Assembly: GCA_017626595.1 (NCBI GenBank)
Contig: JAGAIJ010000086.1
Location: forward strand, 1 to 63,057
Source: Clostridia bacterium
Lineage (GTDB): Bacteria; Bacillota; Clostridia; Monoglobales; Monoglobaceae
DNA: 63,057 nt
Direction: 5' to 3'
The position numbers were made by a program, and so were the translations under genes. Position 1 is the first letter of the stretch. Each line of letters opens with the position of its first letter. Shown here piece after piece: positions 48,219 through 56,417 of this stretch. The notes under the pieces are model-generated. The model worked only from the letters and a program-made list of their open reading frames with translations, had not been told where the DNA came from and searched no databases.

Positions 48219-48366
48219 AATCAAACATATCGGAAACTTTATGGGCAATTCTCTCACATTTTCTTCTTGCACGCTTTACATCCCTTGTATTCATTGGGTT
48301 TAAGGCAATAGACGCACCTATGGCGATTGCTGTTCCGATTAAGAGTCCTTTAGAAAAATTTTTCAT
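48217..48366 (-). CDS. Small (49 aa) membrane-anchored protein, not in the supplied ORF track (below its length cutoff)
   Basis: My own translation is MKNFSKGLLIGTAIAIGASIALNPMNTRDVKRARRKCERIAHKVSDMFD. A GGGAGG RBS lies ~8 nt upstream and the terminator is immediately downstream. Confidence 0.45.
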   Translation of the reverse strand: MKNFSKGLLIGTAIAIGASIALNPMNTRDVKRARRKCERIAHKVSDMFD

Positions 48367-48488
48367 AATTTCTTACCTCCCTTTTTATTTTGTATCCTGT
48401 TTTTCTTTTCATTCCTCTTTTTGTTTTTCTCTATTTATATATTTGTAGAAATTTTTTTAAATTTTTCCAATTAAAATGGCTGAAATTA

Positions 48489-48517
48489 TTGACGAATCGC
48501 AGTTTTTGGTGTATTAT
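48489..48517 (+). promoter_or_regulatory. Candidate sigma-A promoter of the DUF1015-hom-thrB-lysC unit
   Basis: TTGACG (48489-48494), 17-nt spacer, TATTAT (48512-48517) preceded by TG. Confidence 0.45.
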
Positions 48518-48553
48518 ATTGTATTATTAAATTTTTTTCGAGGAGGAAGAATT

Positions 48554-49864
48554 ATGGCAAAAGTTTATCCGTTCAACGGGCTCAGATATAACACCGAAAA
48601 GGTTTCGCTTTTTGACGTTGTAGCTCCCCCATACGACATTATTTCCCCTGAAATTCAGGACGCACTTTACAACAAGTCTGAATACAATATTGTAAGAGCA
48701 GACTTCGGAAAGGAATTTCCTGAAGACAACGATACTGTTAACAAATACACAAGGTCAGGAGAGCTTTTTGAAAAGTGGCTTAAGGAAGACATTATAAAAG
48801 CCGAGGACACACCTTGTTTCTATATTTATGAGCAGGTTTTTAAAAGCAACAACTCAAAGTACAGCTTAAAGGGACTCTACTCCCTTGTTCAGCTTTGCGA
48901 CTTTAAGGAAAACATCGTGCTTCCACACGAAGAAACCTTAAGCAAGGCTAAGGCTGACCGTTTTGAGCTTATGAAGACTACAAACGCAAACTTAAGTGCA
49001 ATCTATTCCCTCTATCTTGACGAGGACAAGTCTATGCAGGAATTCATCGAGGTTTTAAGTCAGGGTAACCCTGATTTATCCTTCGGTACAGAGGACGGCG
49101 TAGGCCACAATGTATGGATTGTTAAAGACAAGGAAGCTACAGACAAAATTACAGCATTCTTCTCTGACAAGCAGGTTTTCATTGCTGACGGACATCACAG
49201 ATATGAAACTGCACTCAGATACAGAGATTATATGAGAGAGCAGACAGGGGATATGAGTGAGGACGCTCCATTTAACTATGTTATGATGCTTTTAACTTCA
49301 ATGAGCGACCCTGGTCTTCTCGTTTTCCCTACACACAGAATGATTAAGGATATGCCTGACTTTGATGAGGAGTCAATTGTCAGCGCTCTTACAGATAATT
49401 TCAGCATTTCAAAAATCCGTTTTACTGACGGGGAATACGATGAAATTATTATGTCGAAGCTCCGTAACTGCGGTGACGAAATTCAGTTTGCTATGTACAC
49501 AGGCAAGGATTATTACTATCTCTTAAAGCTTAAGGATGTTTCCATTATGGATTCATATATTTCCGATAAGCCTGAGGTTTACAGACGACTTGACGTAAGC
49601 TGTCTCCACACACTTATCCTTGACAGACATTTCGGAATAAATATGGAAAATATGGCACAGCAGAAAAATCTCCTCTACTCAAGAGATTCAAAGGAAGCTA
49701 TTGCTGCTGTTCAGGAAGGCAAGTGCCACTGTTCATTCTTAATTAACGCTACAAAGATTTCACAGATTAAAGACATCTCCCTTTTAGGCGAAAAAATGCC
49801 ACAGAAATCAACATATTTCTGGCCAAAGCCTGTTACAGGGGTGCTCTTTAATTCATTAGGATAA
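48554..49864 (+). CDS. DUF1015 family protein (function unknown)
   Basis: MAKVYPFNGLRYN...VVAPPYDII...IADGHHRYETAL signatures. The start is set at the ATG at 48554, with an AGGAGG RBS. Confidence 0.8.
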   Translation: MAKVYPFNGLRYNTEKVSLFDVVAPPYDIISPEIQDALYNKSEYNIVRADFGKEFPEDNDTVNKYTRSGELFEKWLKEDIIKAEDTPCFYIYEQVFKSNNSKYSLKGLYSLVQLCDFKENIVLPHEETLSKAKADRFELMKTTNANLSAIYSLYLDEDKSMQEFIEVLSQGNPDLSFGTEDGVGHNVWIVKDKEATDKITAFFSDKQVFIADGHHRYETALRYRDYMREQTGDMSEDAPFNYVMMLLTSMSDPGLLVFPTHRMIKDMPDFDEESIVSALTDNFSISKIRFTDGEYDEIIMSKLRNCGDEIQFAMYTGKDYYYLLKLKDVSIMDSYISDKPEVYRRLDVSCLHTLILDRHFGINMENMAQQKNLLYSRDSKEAIAAVQEGKCHCSFLINATKISQIKDISLLGEKMPQKSTYFWPKPVTGVLFNSLG

Positions 49865-49924
49865 TATTTTACTCTACCCACGGGTAAGCTCGATAAATAT
49901 GTGGGAAGAAAGGCCTTGAATACA

Positions 49925-51100
49925 ATGAAAATTGCAATTATGGGTTTCGGAACAGTTGGTTCCGGAGTTGGCGAAATACTTGTTTCACAGAAAGAAGAAA
50001 TGACAAAGAAGGCAGGAGAACCAATCGAGGTTAAGTACATCTTAGACCTCCGTGATTTTCCTGACAGTCCTTTTAAGTGCTTTACAAAGAACTTTGAGGA
50101 CATCTTAAACGACGACGAGGTTGGGCTTGTTGTTGAAGCTATGGGGGGCACAGTTCCTGCATACGACTTCACAAAAAGACTTCTCACAAAGGGTAAGCAC
50201 GTTATTACCTCCAACAAGGAGCTTGTTGCAAAGCACGGCACAGAGCTTTTGACTATTGCAAGAGAAAAGAGCATCAACTATCTCTTTGAAGCATCTGTTG
50301 GCGGTGGCATTCCTATTATCCGTCCACTTATTTCTTCTCTTACAGGAAGCGGAATTAACTCTGTTGTGGGAATCTTAAACGGTACTACAAACTACATTCT
50401 TACACAGATGATTGATAAGGGTAAGACTTTCGAAGAAGCGCTTTCCGAAGCACAGGAAAAGGGCTACTCCGAAAAGGACCCAACAAATGACATTGAAGGC
50501 TTTGACACCTGCAGAAAGACTGCAATTCTTGCATCCCTTGCTTTCGGCAAGGCTATTGATTCAGAAAAAATTCCTACAGAGGGAATTACAAAGGTTACTT
50601 TAGAGGACACAATGTACGCTGAAAAATTCTCCTGCTCAGTTAAGCTTATCGGCGAATGCAGAAAGGCTGAAAATGGCGTATTCGCAAGGGTTTGCCCTGC
50701 TTTTGTGCCATATTCTAACCTTATCTCAAACGTAAACGGCGTATTCAACGGCATTATGGTTGACGGCGACGAGGTTGGCTCAGTTATGTTCTACGGCCGT
50801 GGAGCAGGTAAGCTCCCTACAGCCAGCGCTGTTGTATCCGACGTGGTTGACGCTGTTAAGCACAAGGACACAAACATAAGAATTCTCTGGACAGATGCCC
50901 CTGAGGGCTATCTTTTAGACGGAAAAGACTGCAAATACAAGTTCTATCTCCGTCTTAAAGGCGATATGAACGGCTTCGAAAATGCTGTTTCAATCGCTGA
51001 CGGCGAATTTGCAGTTATTACAGACGAAATTACAGAGGCAGAAATCGAAGAAATCGCAAAAGGTCATGAAATAATCGGAAAGATGAGAGTGATTGGCTAA
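49925..51100 (+). CDS. hom: Homoserine dehydrogenase
   Basis: MKIAIMGFGTVGSGV Rossmann N-terminus, NGTTNYILT, and a C-terminal ACT-like region. Confidence 0.9.
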   Translation: MKIAIMGFGTVGSGVGEILVSQKEEMTKKAGEPIEVKYILDLRDFPDSPFKCFTKNFEDILNDDEVGLVVEAMGGTVPAYDFTKRLLTKGKHVITSNKELVAKHGTELLTIAREKSINYLFEASVGGGIPIIRPLISSLTGSGINSVVGILNGTTNYILTQMIDKGKTFEEALSEAQEKGYSEKDPTNDIEGFDTCRKTAILASLAFGKAIDSEKIPTEGITKVTLEDTMYAEKFSCSVKLIGECRKAENGVFARVCPAFVPYSNLISNVNGVFNGIMVDGDEVGSVMFYGRGAGKLPTASAVVSDVVDAVKHKDTNIRILWTDAPEGYLLDGKDCKYKFYLRLKGDMNGFENAVSIADGEFAVITDEITEAEIEEIAKGHEIIGKMRVIG

Positions 51101-51987
51101 TGATTAAAGTCAGAGTTCCTGCCACATCAGCTAATATGGGGCCCGGGTTTGACTGTCTTGGTGTAGCAATTCAGCTTTATAACTATGTTTCAATTGAAGA
51201 ATATGACGGGGTTAAAATTGACATAATCGGCGACGGAGAGGATTTTCTTCCAAAGGACGAAAGAAATCTCGTTTACCAGAGCGCTATGGAGATTATCTCA
51301 AGGGCAGACAAAACCGTTAAGGGACTGCATCTAATTTTAGAGAACAATATCCCTATTACAAGAGGCCTGGGAAGCAGCAGCGCAAGTATTTTAGGCGGTA
51401 TGATTGCGGGAAATACCCTTGTGGGAAGTCCCCTTACTATGCAGGAAATCCTTGATATTGCAGCGGAAAAAGAGGGCCACGCGGACAACGTTTCTCCTGC
51501 AGTCTTCGGGGGATTTACAGTAAATTCCTACAACGGAAAAACTGTAAACAGCTTAAAATTCCCTGTTCCCGAGGACATCTGTTTCGCAGTCTTCAAGCCT
51601 GCGTTCTTCCTTAAGACAAAGAAGTCCCGTTCCGTTCTTCCCAACACAGTTTCTCACCACAGTGCAGCAACCAACACAGGAAACGCTGCTATGCTTGTGG
51701 GGGCGTTGCTTACAGGAAAATATGAATTTTTAAAAATCGGCTTTTCTGACGAGCTTCACCAGAAGTTCAGGAAAAAGCTCATTCCGGATATGGACTACAT
51801 TTTCAGGGTTTCCGAAAAACACGGAGCTTTGGGAAGCTACTTAAGCGGAGCAGGTCCTACAATTATTTCTGTTATTTCCAAGGAAAACGTGAGTTTTCTT
51901 GAAAATATAAAAAAAGATATGGAAAAGTATAAAAAATGGCAGGTCGATGTCTATGAACCGGACAACGACGGCGCTGTTATATTATAG
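51100..51987 (+). CDS. thrB: Homoserine kinase
   Basis: VPATSANMGPGFDCLG and the GHMP motif GLGSSSAS. The start overlaps the hom stop (TAATG). Confidence 0.9.
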   Translation: MIKVRVPATSANMGPGFDCLGVAIQLYNYVSIEEYDGVKIDIIGDGEDFLPKDERNLVYQSAMEIISRADKTVKGLHLILENNIPITRGLGSSSASILGGMIAGNTLVGSPLTMQEILDIAAEKEGHADNVSPAVFGGFTVNSYNGKTVNSLKFPVPEDICFAVFKPAFFLKTKKSRSVLPNTVSHHSAATNTGNAAMLVGALLTGKYEFLKIGFSDELHQKFRKKLIPDMDYIFRVSEKHGALGSYLSGAGPTIISVISKENVSFLENIKKDMEKYKKWQVDVYEPDNDGAVIL

Positions 51988-51998
51988 GAGGTTTTATT

Positions 51999-53204
51999 GT
52001 GGCAATTATCGTACAGAAATTCGGCGGAAGCTCTGTTGCTGACAAAGACAAAGTCTTTAACGTTGCAAACAGAGTTGTGGAAACATACAAAAACGGCTAT
52101 GACGTAATTGTTGTTGTTTCTGCTCAGGGAGATACAACTGACGATCTTCTTGAAAAGGCTGCTGAAATCAACCCAAATCCATCAAAAAGAGAAATGGATA
52201 TGCTTTTGGCAACAGGTGAACAGATTTCAATCTCACTTTTAGCTATGGCTATCGAAACACTTGGCGTTCCTGTTATTTCTCTTACAGGCTGGCAGGCAGG
52301 CTTTAGGACTGACTCCAACTGCGGAAGCGCAAGAATTGAGAAAATTGATACTACAAGAATGAAAGAAGAGCTTGCAAGAAGAAAAGTTATTATTGTTGCA
52401 GGTTTCCAGGGTCTTGACAAATACGACGACATCACAACTCTCGGCAGAGGCGGAAGTGATACTTCAGCTGTTGCTATTGCAGCACAGATTGGTGCTGAAA
52501 AGTGTGAAATCTACACTGACGTTGACGGCGTTTACACAACAGACCCACGTATTGTTCCAGAAGCTAAAAAGCTTGACGAAATCACATTCGATGAAATGCT
52601 TGAGCTTGCAAGTCTTGGTGCAAACGTACTTCACAACCGTTCGGTTGAAATTGCAAAGAAATATAATGTTAAACTCGAAGTTAAGTCAAGCTTTAATAAG
52701 GTTGACGGAACATTAGTTAAGGAGGCAATTGCTATGGAAAAAATGTTAATCAGAGGTGTGGCAAGAGATAATGACGTTGCCCGTATTTCAGTTGTTGGTC
52801 TTCCTGACCAGCCTGGCATCGCATACAAGGTATTCTCAAAGCTTGCACAGGAAGGTATAAATGTTGACATCATTCTCCAGTCAATCGGCAGAAATGATGA
52901 AAAGGATATTTCATTCACTGTTACAAAGGGACATCTTGAAAAGGCTCTCGCTATTTTAGAGGGCGAAAAGGACGTTCTCCGCTTTAAGGAACTCCTCCAC
53001 AGAGAAGATATCTGCAAGATTTCTATTGTTGGCTCAGGTATGGTTAACAATCCTGGGGTTGCAGCTAAAATGTTCCAGGCTCTCTATGACGCAGGAATTA
53101 ACATCCATATGATTTCTACATCTGAAATCAAGGTTTCAGTTCTTATCAACAAGGACTACGCTGACAAGGCTGTGCAGGTTGTTCACCGTGCATTCTTTGA
53201 TTAA
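51999..53204 (+). CDS. lysC: Aspartate kinase (with two C-terminal ACT domains)
   Basis: IVQKFGGSSV, TLGRGGSDTSAVAIA; GTG start with a GGAGG RBS. Confidence 0.9.
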   Translation: MAIIVQKFGGSSVADKDKVFNVANRVVETYKNGYDVIVVVSAQGDTTDDLLEKAAEINPNPSKREMDMLLATGEQISISLLAMAIETLGVPVISLTGWQAGFRTDSNCGSARIEKIDTTRMKEELARRKVIIVAGFQGLDKYDDITTLGRGGSDTSAVAIAAQIGAEKCEIYTDVDGVYTTDPRIVPEAKKLDEITFDEMLELASLGANVLHNRSVEIAKKYNVKLEVKSSFNKVDGTLVKEAIAMEKMLIRGVARDNDVARISVVGLPDQPGIAYKVFSKLAQEGINVDIILQSIGRNDEKDISFTVTKGHLEKALAILEGEKDVLRFKELLHREDICKISIVGSGMVNNPGVAAKMFQALYDAGINIHMISTSEIKVSVLINKDYADKAVQVVHRAFFD

Positions 53205-53210
53205 TTTTTA

Positions 53211-53400
53211 GCCTGTCGTACACAAGGAAGAATTGGTTTTGAAACCATATTTCCCGTTTCTACTACGTCAAAAAAAGACCCGTAATACACCAAGTATTAC
53301 GGGCTTTCTTTTTCTTGTATAATTCTGAAAATATGTGTCTCAAAACTGCTTCGCACCCTGAAAATTCTTTCAGGGCAAATATTCCTTATGTCCAACAGGC
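53211..53400 (-). repeat. Family A intergenic palindromic element, copy 3 (inverted relative to copies 1 and 2)
   Basis: The reverse complement aligns along its whole length with copies 1 and 2. It shares gcgaagcagttttga, the side hairpin ccctgaaa-gaat-tttcaggg and the central stem cccgtaatac/gtattacggg. Its termini are GCCTGT...ACAGGC instead of AGGTCGAG...CTCGACCT. Confidence 0.75.
53270..53312. terminator. Bidirectional terminator (core of family A copy 3)
   Basis: aaaaaaagacccgtaatac accaa gtattacgggctttcttttt. Confidence 0.75.
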
Positions 53401-53462
53401 TTGGAACCACACACATATACTAAAAAGGAGTCCGTTTGGACTCCGAGGGCTTCTTTCTCTTG

Positions 53463-53528
53463 GGAGAAGTCAATTTGGATTTAAGTATTATAAAAGCCTT
53501 ACAACAGGATGTGTTGTAAGGCTTTATT
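53463..53528 (+). repeat. Family B terminator-carrying repeat, copy 2
   Basis: GGAGAAGTCAATTTGGATTT...AAAAGCCTTACAACAggatGTGTTGTAAGGCTTTATT. The hairpin at 53492-53528 ends 3 nt from the stop of the ABC ATPase gene. Confidence 0.75.
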
Positions 53529-53530
53529 GA

Positions 53531-54643
53531 TTAGTTCATGATTGTTTCTTCAGTTGTCTTATCGAAGAGGTGAATTCTTGCACCGTCGATAGCCATCTTA
53601 ACTGTTGTATCATGTGTTGTCTTTGTATCAGGTCTAACTCTTGCTGTGATGTTATTGTTACCGAACTTTGCGTAAACGTAACTTTCAGCACCCATCATTT
53701 CAACAACTTCTACATAAGCTTCAACCTGTGTGTCTGCAAACTTTTCAAGGTTATGGTCATCATCATAAATATCTTCAGGTCTGACACCCATAACTACATC
53801 CTTACCGATGTATTCCTGGATAATAGCCTTCTGTGCCTTAGCTTCAGGAAGCTTAATTGTAAGCGCATCATTTACAAGATAAATTCCGTCTTCCTTCTTT
53901 TCAACCTTAACATCGATGAAGTTCATCTGTGGTGAACCGATGAAGCCTGCAACGAACATATTCTGTGGTGTGAAGTAAAGACCTGTTGGAGTATCAATCT
54001 GCTGTGCGATACCGTCCTTCATAACAACAATTCTTGTACCCATTGTAAGAGCTTCTGTCTGGTCATGAGTTACATAGATAAATGTTGTGTTAAGTCTATG
54101 ATGGAGCTTTGTGATTTCAGTTCTCATCTGAACTCTGAGCTTCGCATCAAGGTTAGATAAAGGTTCATCCATTAAGAATACCTTTGGATTTCTTACGATA
54201 GCACGACCGAGGGCAACACGCTGTCTCTGACCACCGGAGAGAGCCTTTGGCTTTCTGTCGAGGAGATGCTCGATATCGAGAATCTTAGCAGCTTCATGTA
54301 CCTTCTGGTCGATTTCAGCCTTAGGAACCTTTCTGAGCTTAAGGCCGAATGCCATGTTATCATAAATTGTCATATGTGGATAGAGAGCATAGTTCTGGAA
54401 AACCATGGCAATATCTCTGTCCTTAGGGAGAACGTCATTCATAAGCTTTCCGCCGATGTAGAGTTCACCGTCTGTAATTTCTTCAAGACCAGCAATCATA
54501 CGAAGAGTTGTTGACTTACCACAACCTGACGGACCAACAAGAATAAGGAATTCTTTATCAGGAATTTCAATATTTAAGTCCTTTATAGCCTCAAAACCAC
54601 TGTCGTAAGTTTTGCAAATATTTCTTAAACTTAATTCTGCCAT
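53531..54643 (-). CDS. Sugar ABC transporter ATP-binding protein (MsmX/MalK/UgpC type), orphan with no adjacent permease genes
   Basis: Walker A GPSGCGKST, signature LSGGQRQR, Walker B VFLMDEPLSNLD, and a C-terminal MalK-like regulatory domain. Confidence 0.9.
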   Translation of the reverse strand: MAELSLRNICKTYDSGFEAIKDLNIEIPDKEFLILVGPSGCGKSTTLRMIAGLEEITDGELYIGGKLMNDVLPKDRDIAMVFQNYALYPHMTIYDNMAFGLKLRKVPKAEIDQKVHEAAKILDIEHLLDRKPKALSGGQRQRVALGRAIVRNPKVFLMDEPLSNLDAKLRVQMRTEITKLHHRLNTTFIYVTHDQTEALTMGTRIVVMKDGIAQQIDTPTGLYFTPQNMFVAGFIGSPQMNFIDVKVEKKEDGIYLVNDALTIKLPEAKAQKAIIQEYIGKDVVMGVRPEDIYDDDHNLEKFADTQVEAYVEVVEMMGAESYVYAKFGNNNITARVRPDTKTTHDTTVKMAIDGARIHLFDKTTEETIMN

Positions 54644-54949
54644 TATAGTTACCTCCTAATTTACTACATATAAGTTCCATAATATGATAACACATATCAA
54701 AGAAAAAGAAAAGATGCTAATTATACAAAATTATTAAAAATCTTTTGGTTATTTTGCATAGTTTTTTATAATTTTTTACCTGAAAACCCTTTTATTTCGG
54801 GCGTTCACACAATGTTCACATTTCTTTAAGTCAATTTTTCTCCTTTTTTTCTTCCTATTATATATAGGCCCTATATTGTTCCGTTTCTGAAACAGCTACA
54901 CAAAATCTTGTGAAGCCCCGATTTATTTGGAAATTTTCCAATAAAAGGC

Positions 54950-54978
54950 TTGACAATTTTTTCAAACTGTGTTAGTAT
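54950..54978 (+). promoter_or_regulatory. Candidate promoter of the str operon (L7Ae-like, rpsL, rpsG, fusA)
   Basis: TTGACA (54950-54955), 17-nt spacer, TAGTAT (54973-54978) preceded by TGT. Confidence 0.5.
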
Positions 54979-55018
54979 AAGTTGGTTTATAATTTAATAG
55001 TCATATTAGGTGATTTAG

Positions 55019-55258
55019 ATGGAAAGATTAAAAACCGAAAAGCACGTTGTAGGCCTTAAACAGTCCGTCAGGGCCGTTGAAGAGGACAAAGCGTCACTTG
55101 CTTTCGTGGCGAGAGATGCGGACTATCATGTTGTGTTTCCCTTTGAAAACCTTTGCAGGGAAAAGAATATTCAGATTGAATATGTTAACAATATAAAAGA
55201 GCTTGGAAAAGCCTGTCACGTGGAAGTTCCTACGGCGGTTGCTGTTTTACTCAGGTAA
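55019..55258 (+). CDS. L7Ae/L30e family RNA-binding protein (YbxF/RplGB-like)
   Basis: 79 aa with VVGLKQSVRAVEEDKA...LGKACHVEVPTAVAVLL. It lies directly upstream of rpsL, as in Bacillus. Confidence 0.8.
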   Translation: MERLKTEKHVVGLKQSVRAVEEDKASLAFVARDADYHVVFPFENLCREKNIQIEYVNNIKELGKACHVEVPTAVAVLLR

Positions 55259-55308
55259 AGACGCGAAACGCGTTTTTATATACATATTATATATAGGAGG
55301 TGAAAATA

Positions 55309-55728
55309 TTGCCTACATTTAACCAGTTGGTAAAGAACGGCAGAGCTACAGCAGAAAAGAAATCTACTGCTCCTGCACTCTTAAAGGGTTTCAATGCTAT
55401 TCAGAAGAAGGCTACAGACCAGAATTCTCCACAGAAGAGAGGCGTTTGTACTTCTGTTAGAACAATGACACCTAAAAAGCCTAACTCAGCCCTCAGAAAG
55501 GTTGCCAGAGTAAGACTTACTAACGGCATCGAAGTTTCAGCCTACATTCCTGGCGAAGGACACAACCTTCAGGAACATAGCGTTGTTATGATTCGTGGCG
55601 GAAGAGTTAAAGACCTTCCTGGTGTACGTTACCACATTATCCGCGGTACTCTTGATACTGCAGGTGTTACAAAGCGTAACCAGTCTAGATCTAAGTACGG
55701 TGCAAAGAAGCCGAAGGATGCAAAGTAA
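55309..55728 (+). CDS. rpsL: 30S ribosomal protein S12
   Basis: [11 protein letters not shown]...[19 protein letters not shown]. The start is set at the TTG at 55309, giving the conserved MPT N-terminus, with GGAGG ~9 nt upstream. Confidence 0.97.
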   Translation: MPTFNQLVKNGRATAEKKSTAPALLKGFNAIQKKATDQNSPQKRGVCTSVRTMTPKKPNSALRKVARVRLTNGIEVSAYIPGEGHNLQEHSVVMIRGGRVKDLPGVRYHIIRGTLDTAGVTKRNQSRSKYGAKKPKDAK

Positions 55729-55889
55729 TTTGCAAACAAACTAAGAAACAAATAGTGCGTATTGCTATTTAATATATATCAAAGTGAATGTTACATTCCC
55801 ACCGATGTGTAATAGAATACAGCACGACAGTATCCCAAAGGGATATTGAGTACCATGGGGTCGTTACCCCAAGAATGGAGGGAAGAAAA

Positions 55890-56360
55890 GTGCCAAGAAA
55901 AGGACATGTTGCACGTCGTGACGTTTTACCTGATCCACTTTACAACAGCAAGACTGTTTCCCGTCTTATCAACAACATTATGCTTGACGGTAAGAAGGGT
56001 GTTGCTCAGGCAATCGTTTATGATGCATTTGAAATCATCAAAGAAAAGACAGGAAAGGATCCTGTTGAAGTATTCGAAGACGCAATGAATAATGTTATGC
56101 CTGTTCTCGAAGTTAAGGCTCGCCGTGTAGGTGGTGCTAACTATCAGGTTCCAATCGAAGTTAGAGCTGACAGAAGAGAAACTCTCGGTCTCAGATGGAT
56201 TACATTATATTCAAGACAGAGAAGTGAAAGAACAATGGCAGAAAGACTTGCTAACGAGCTTATCGATGCTACAAACAATGCAGGCGGAGCTTACAAGAAG
56301 AAGGAAGACACTCATAAGATGGCTGAAGCTAACAAGGCTTTTGCACACTTCAGATGGTAA
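55890..56360 (+). CDS. rpsG: 30S ribosomal protein S7
   Basis: [19 protein letters not shown]...; 156 aa. GTG start at 55890 with a GGAGGG RBS. The ORF track's upstream extension is non-coding. Confidence 0.97.
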   Translation: MPRKGHVARRDVLPDPLYNSKTVSRLINNIMLDGKKGVAQAIVYDAFEIIKEKTGKDPVEVFEDAMNNVMPVLEVKARRVGGANYQVPIEVRADRRETLGLRWITLYSRQRSERTMAERLANELIDATNNAGGAYKKKEDTHKMAEANKAFAHFRW

Positions 56361-56417
56361 TTCCTATTCGGTTTTTACAAATCTTTTAGATTTAACTTTT
56401 GAAAGGAGGAAATTATT

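Noticed and set aside
49711-50277. A 188-aa minus-strand ORF overlapping the end of DUF1015 and the start of hom
   Set aside because: It is antisense to two well-supported genes, is Ser/Pro/Phe-rich as expected for antisense translation, and has no RBS or independent signals. The same reasoning applies to the other long antisense ORFs, for example 1172-1663, 15011-15445, 28425-28811, 42283-42639, 52631-53050 and 60338-60754.
49865-52000. A lysine riboswitch (L-box), T-box or attenuator controlling hom, thrB or lysC
   Set aside because: The intergenic gaps are only ~60, 0 and 11 nt, which is too short for any of these leaders.
53315-53530. A 71-aa + strand ORF in the lysC/ABC-ATPase spacer
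   Set aside because: It lies entirely within repeat families A and B and crosses two terminator hairpins. It has no RBS and a low-complexity composition.
55788-55889. An N-terminal extension of rpsG (ORF track start 55788), and the similar upstream extensions of glnN (8812), ung (7363), hlyIII (8827), GH36-like paralog 1 (31827), DUF1015 (48476), hom (49901), rpsL (55300) and nif3 (62713)
   Set aside because: The conserved protein N-termini and good RBS spacing support the internal starts. The extensions add non-conserved, often hydrophobic or junk residues.
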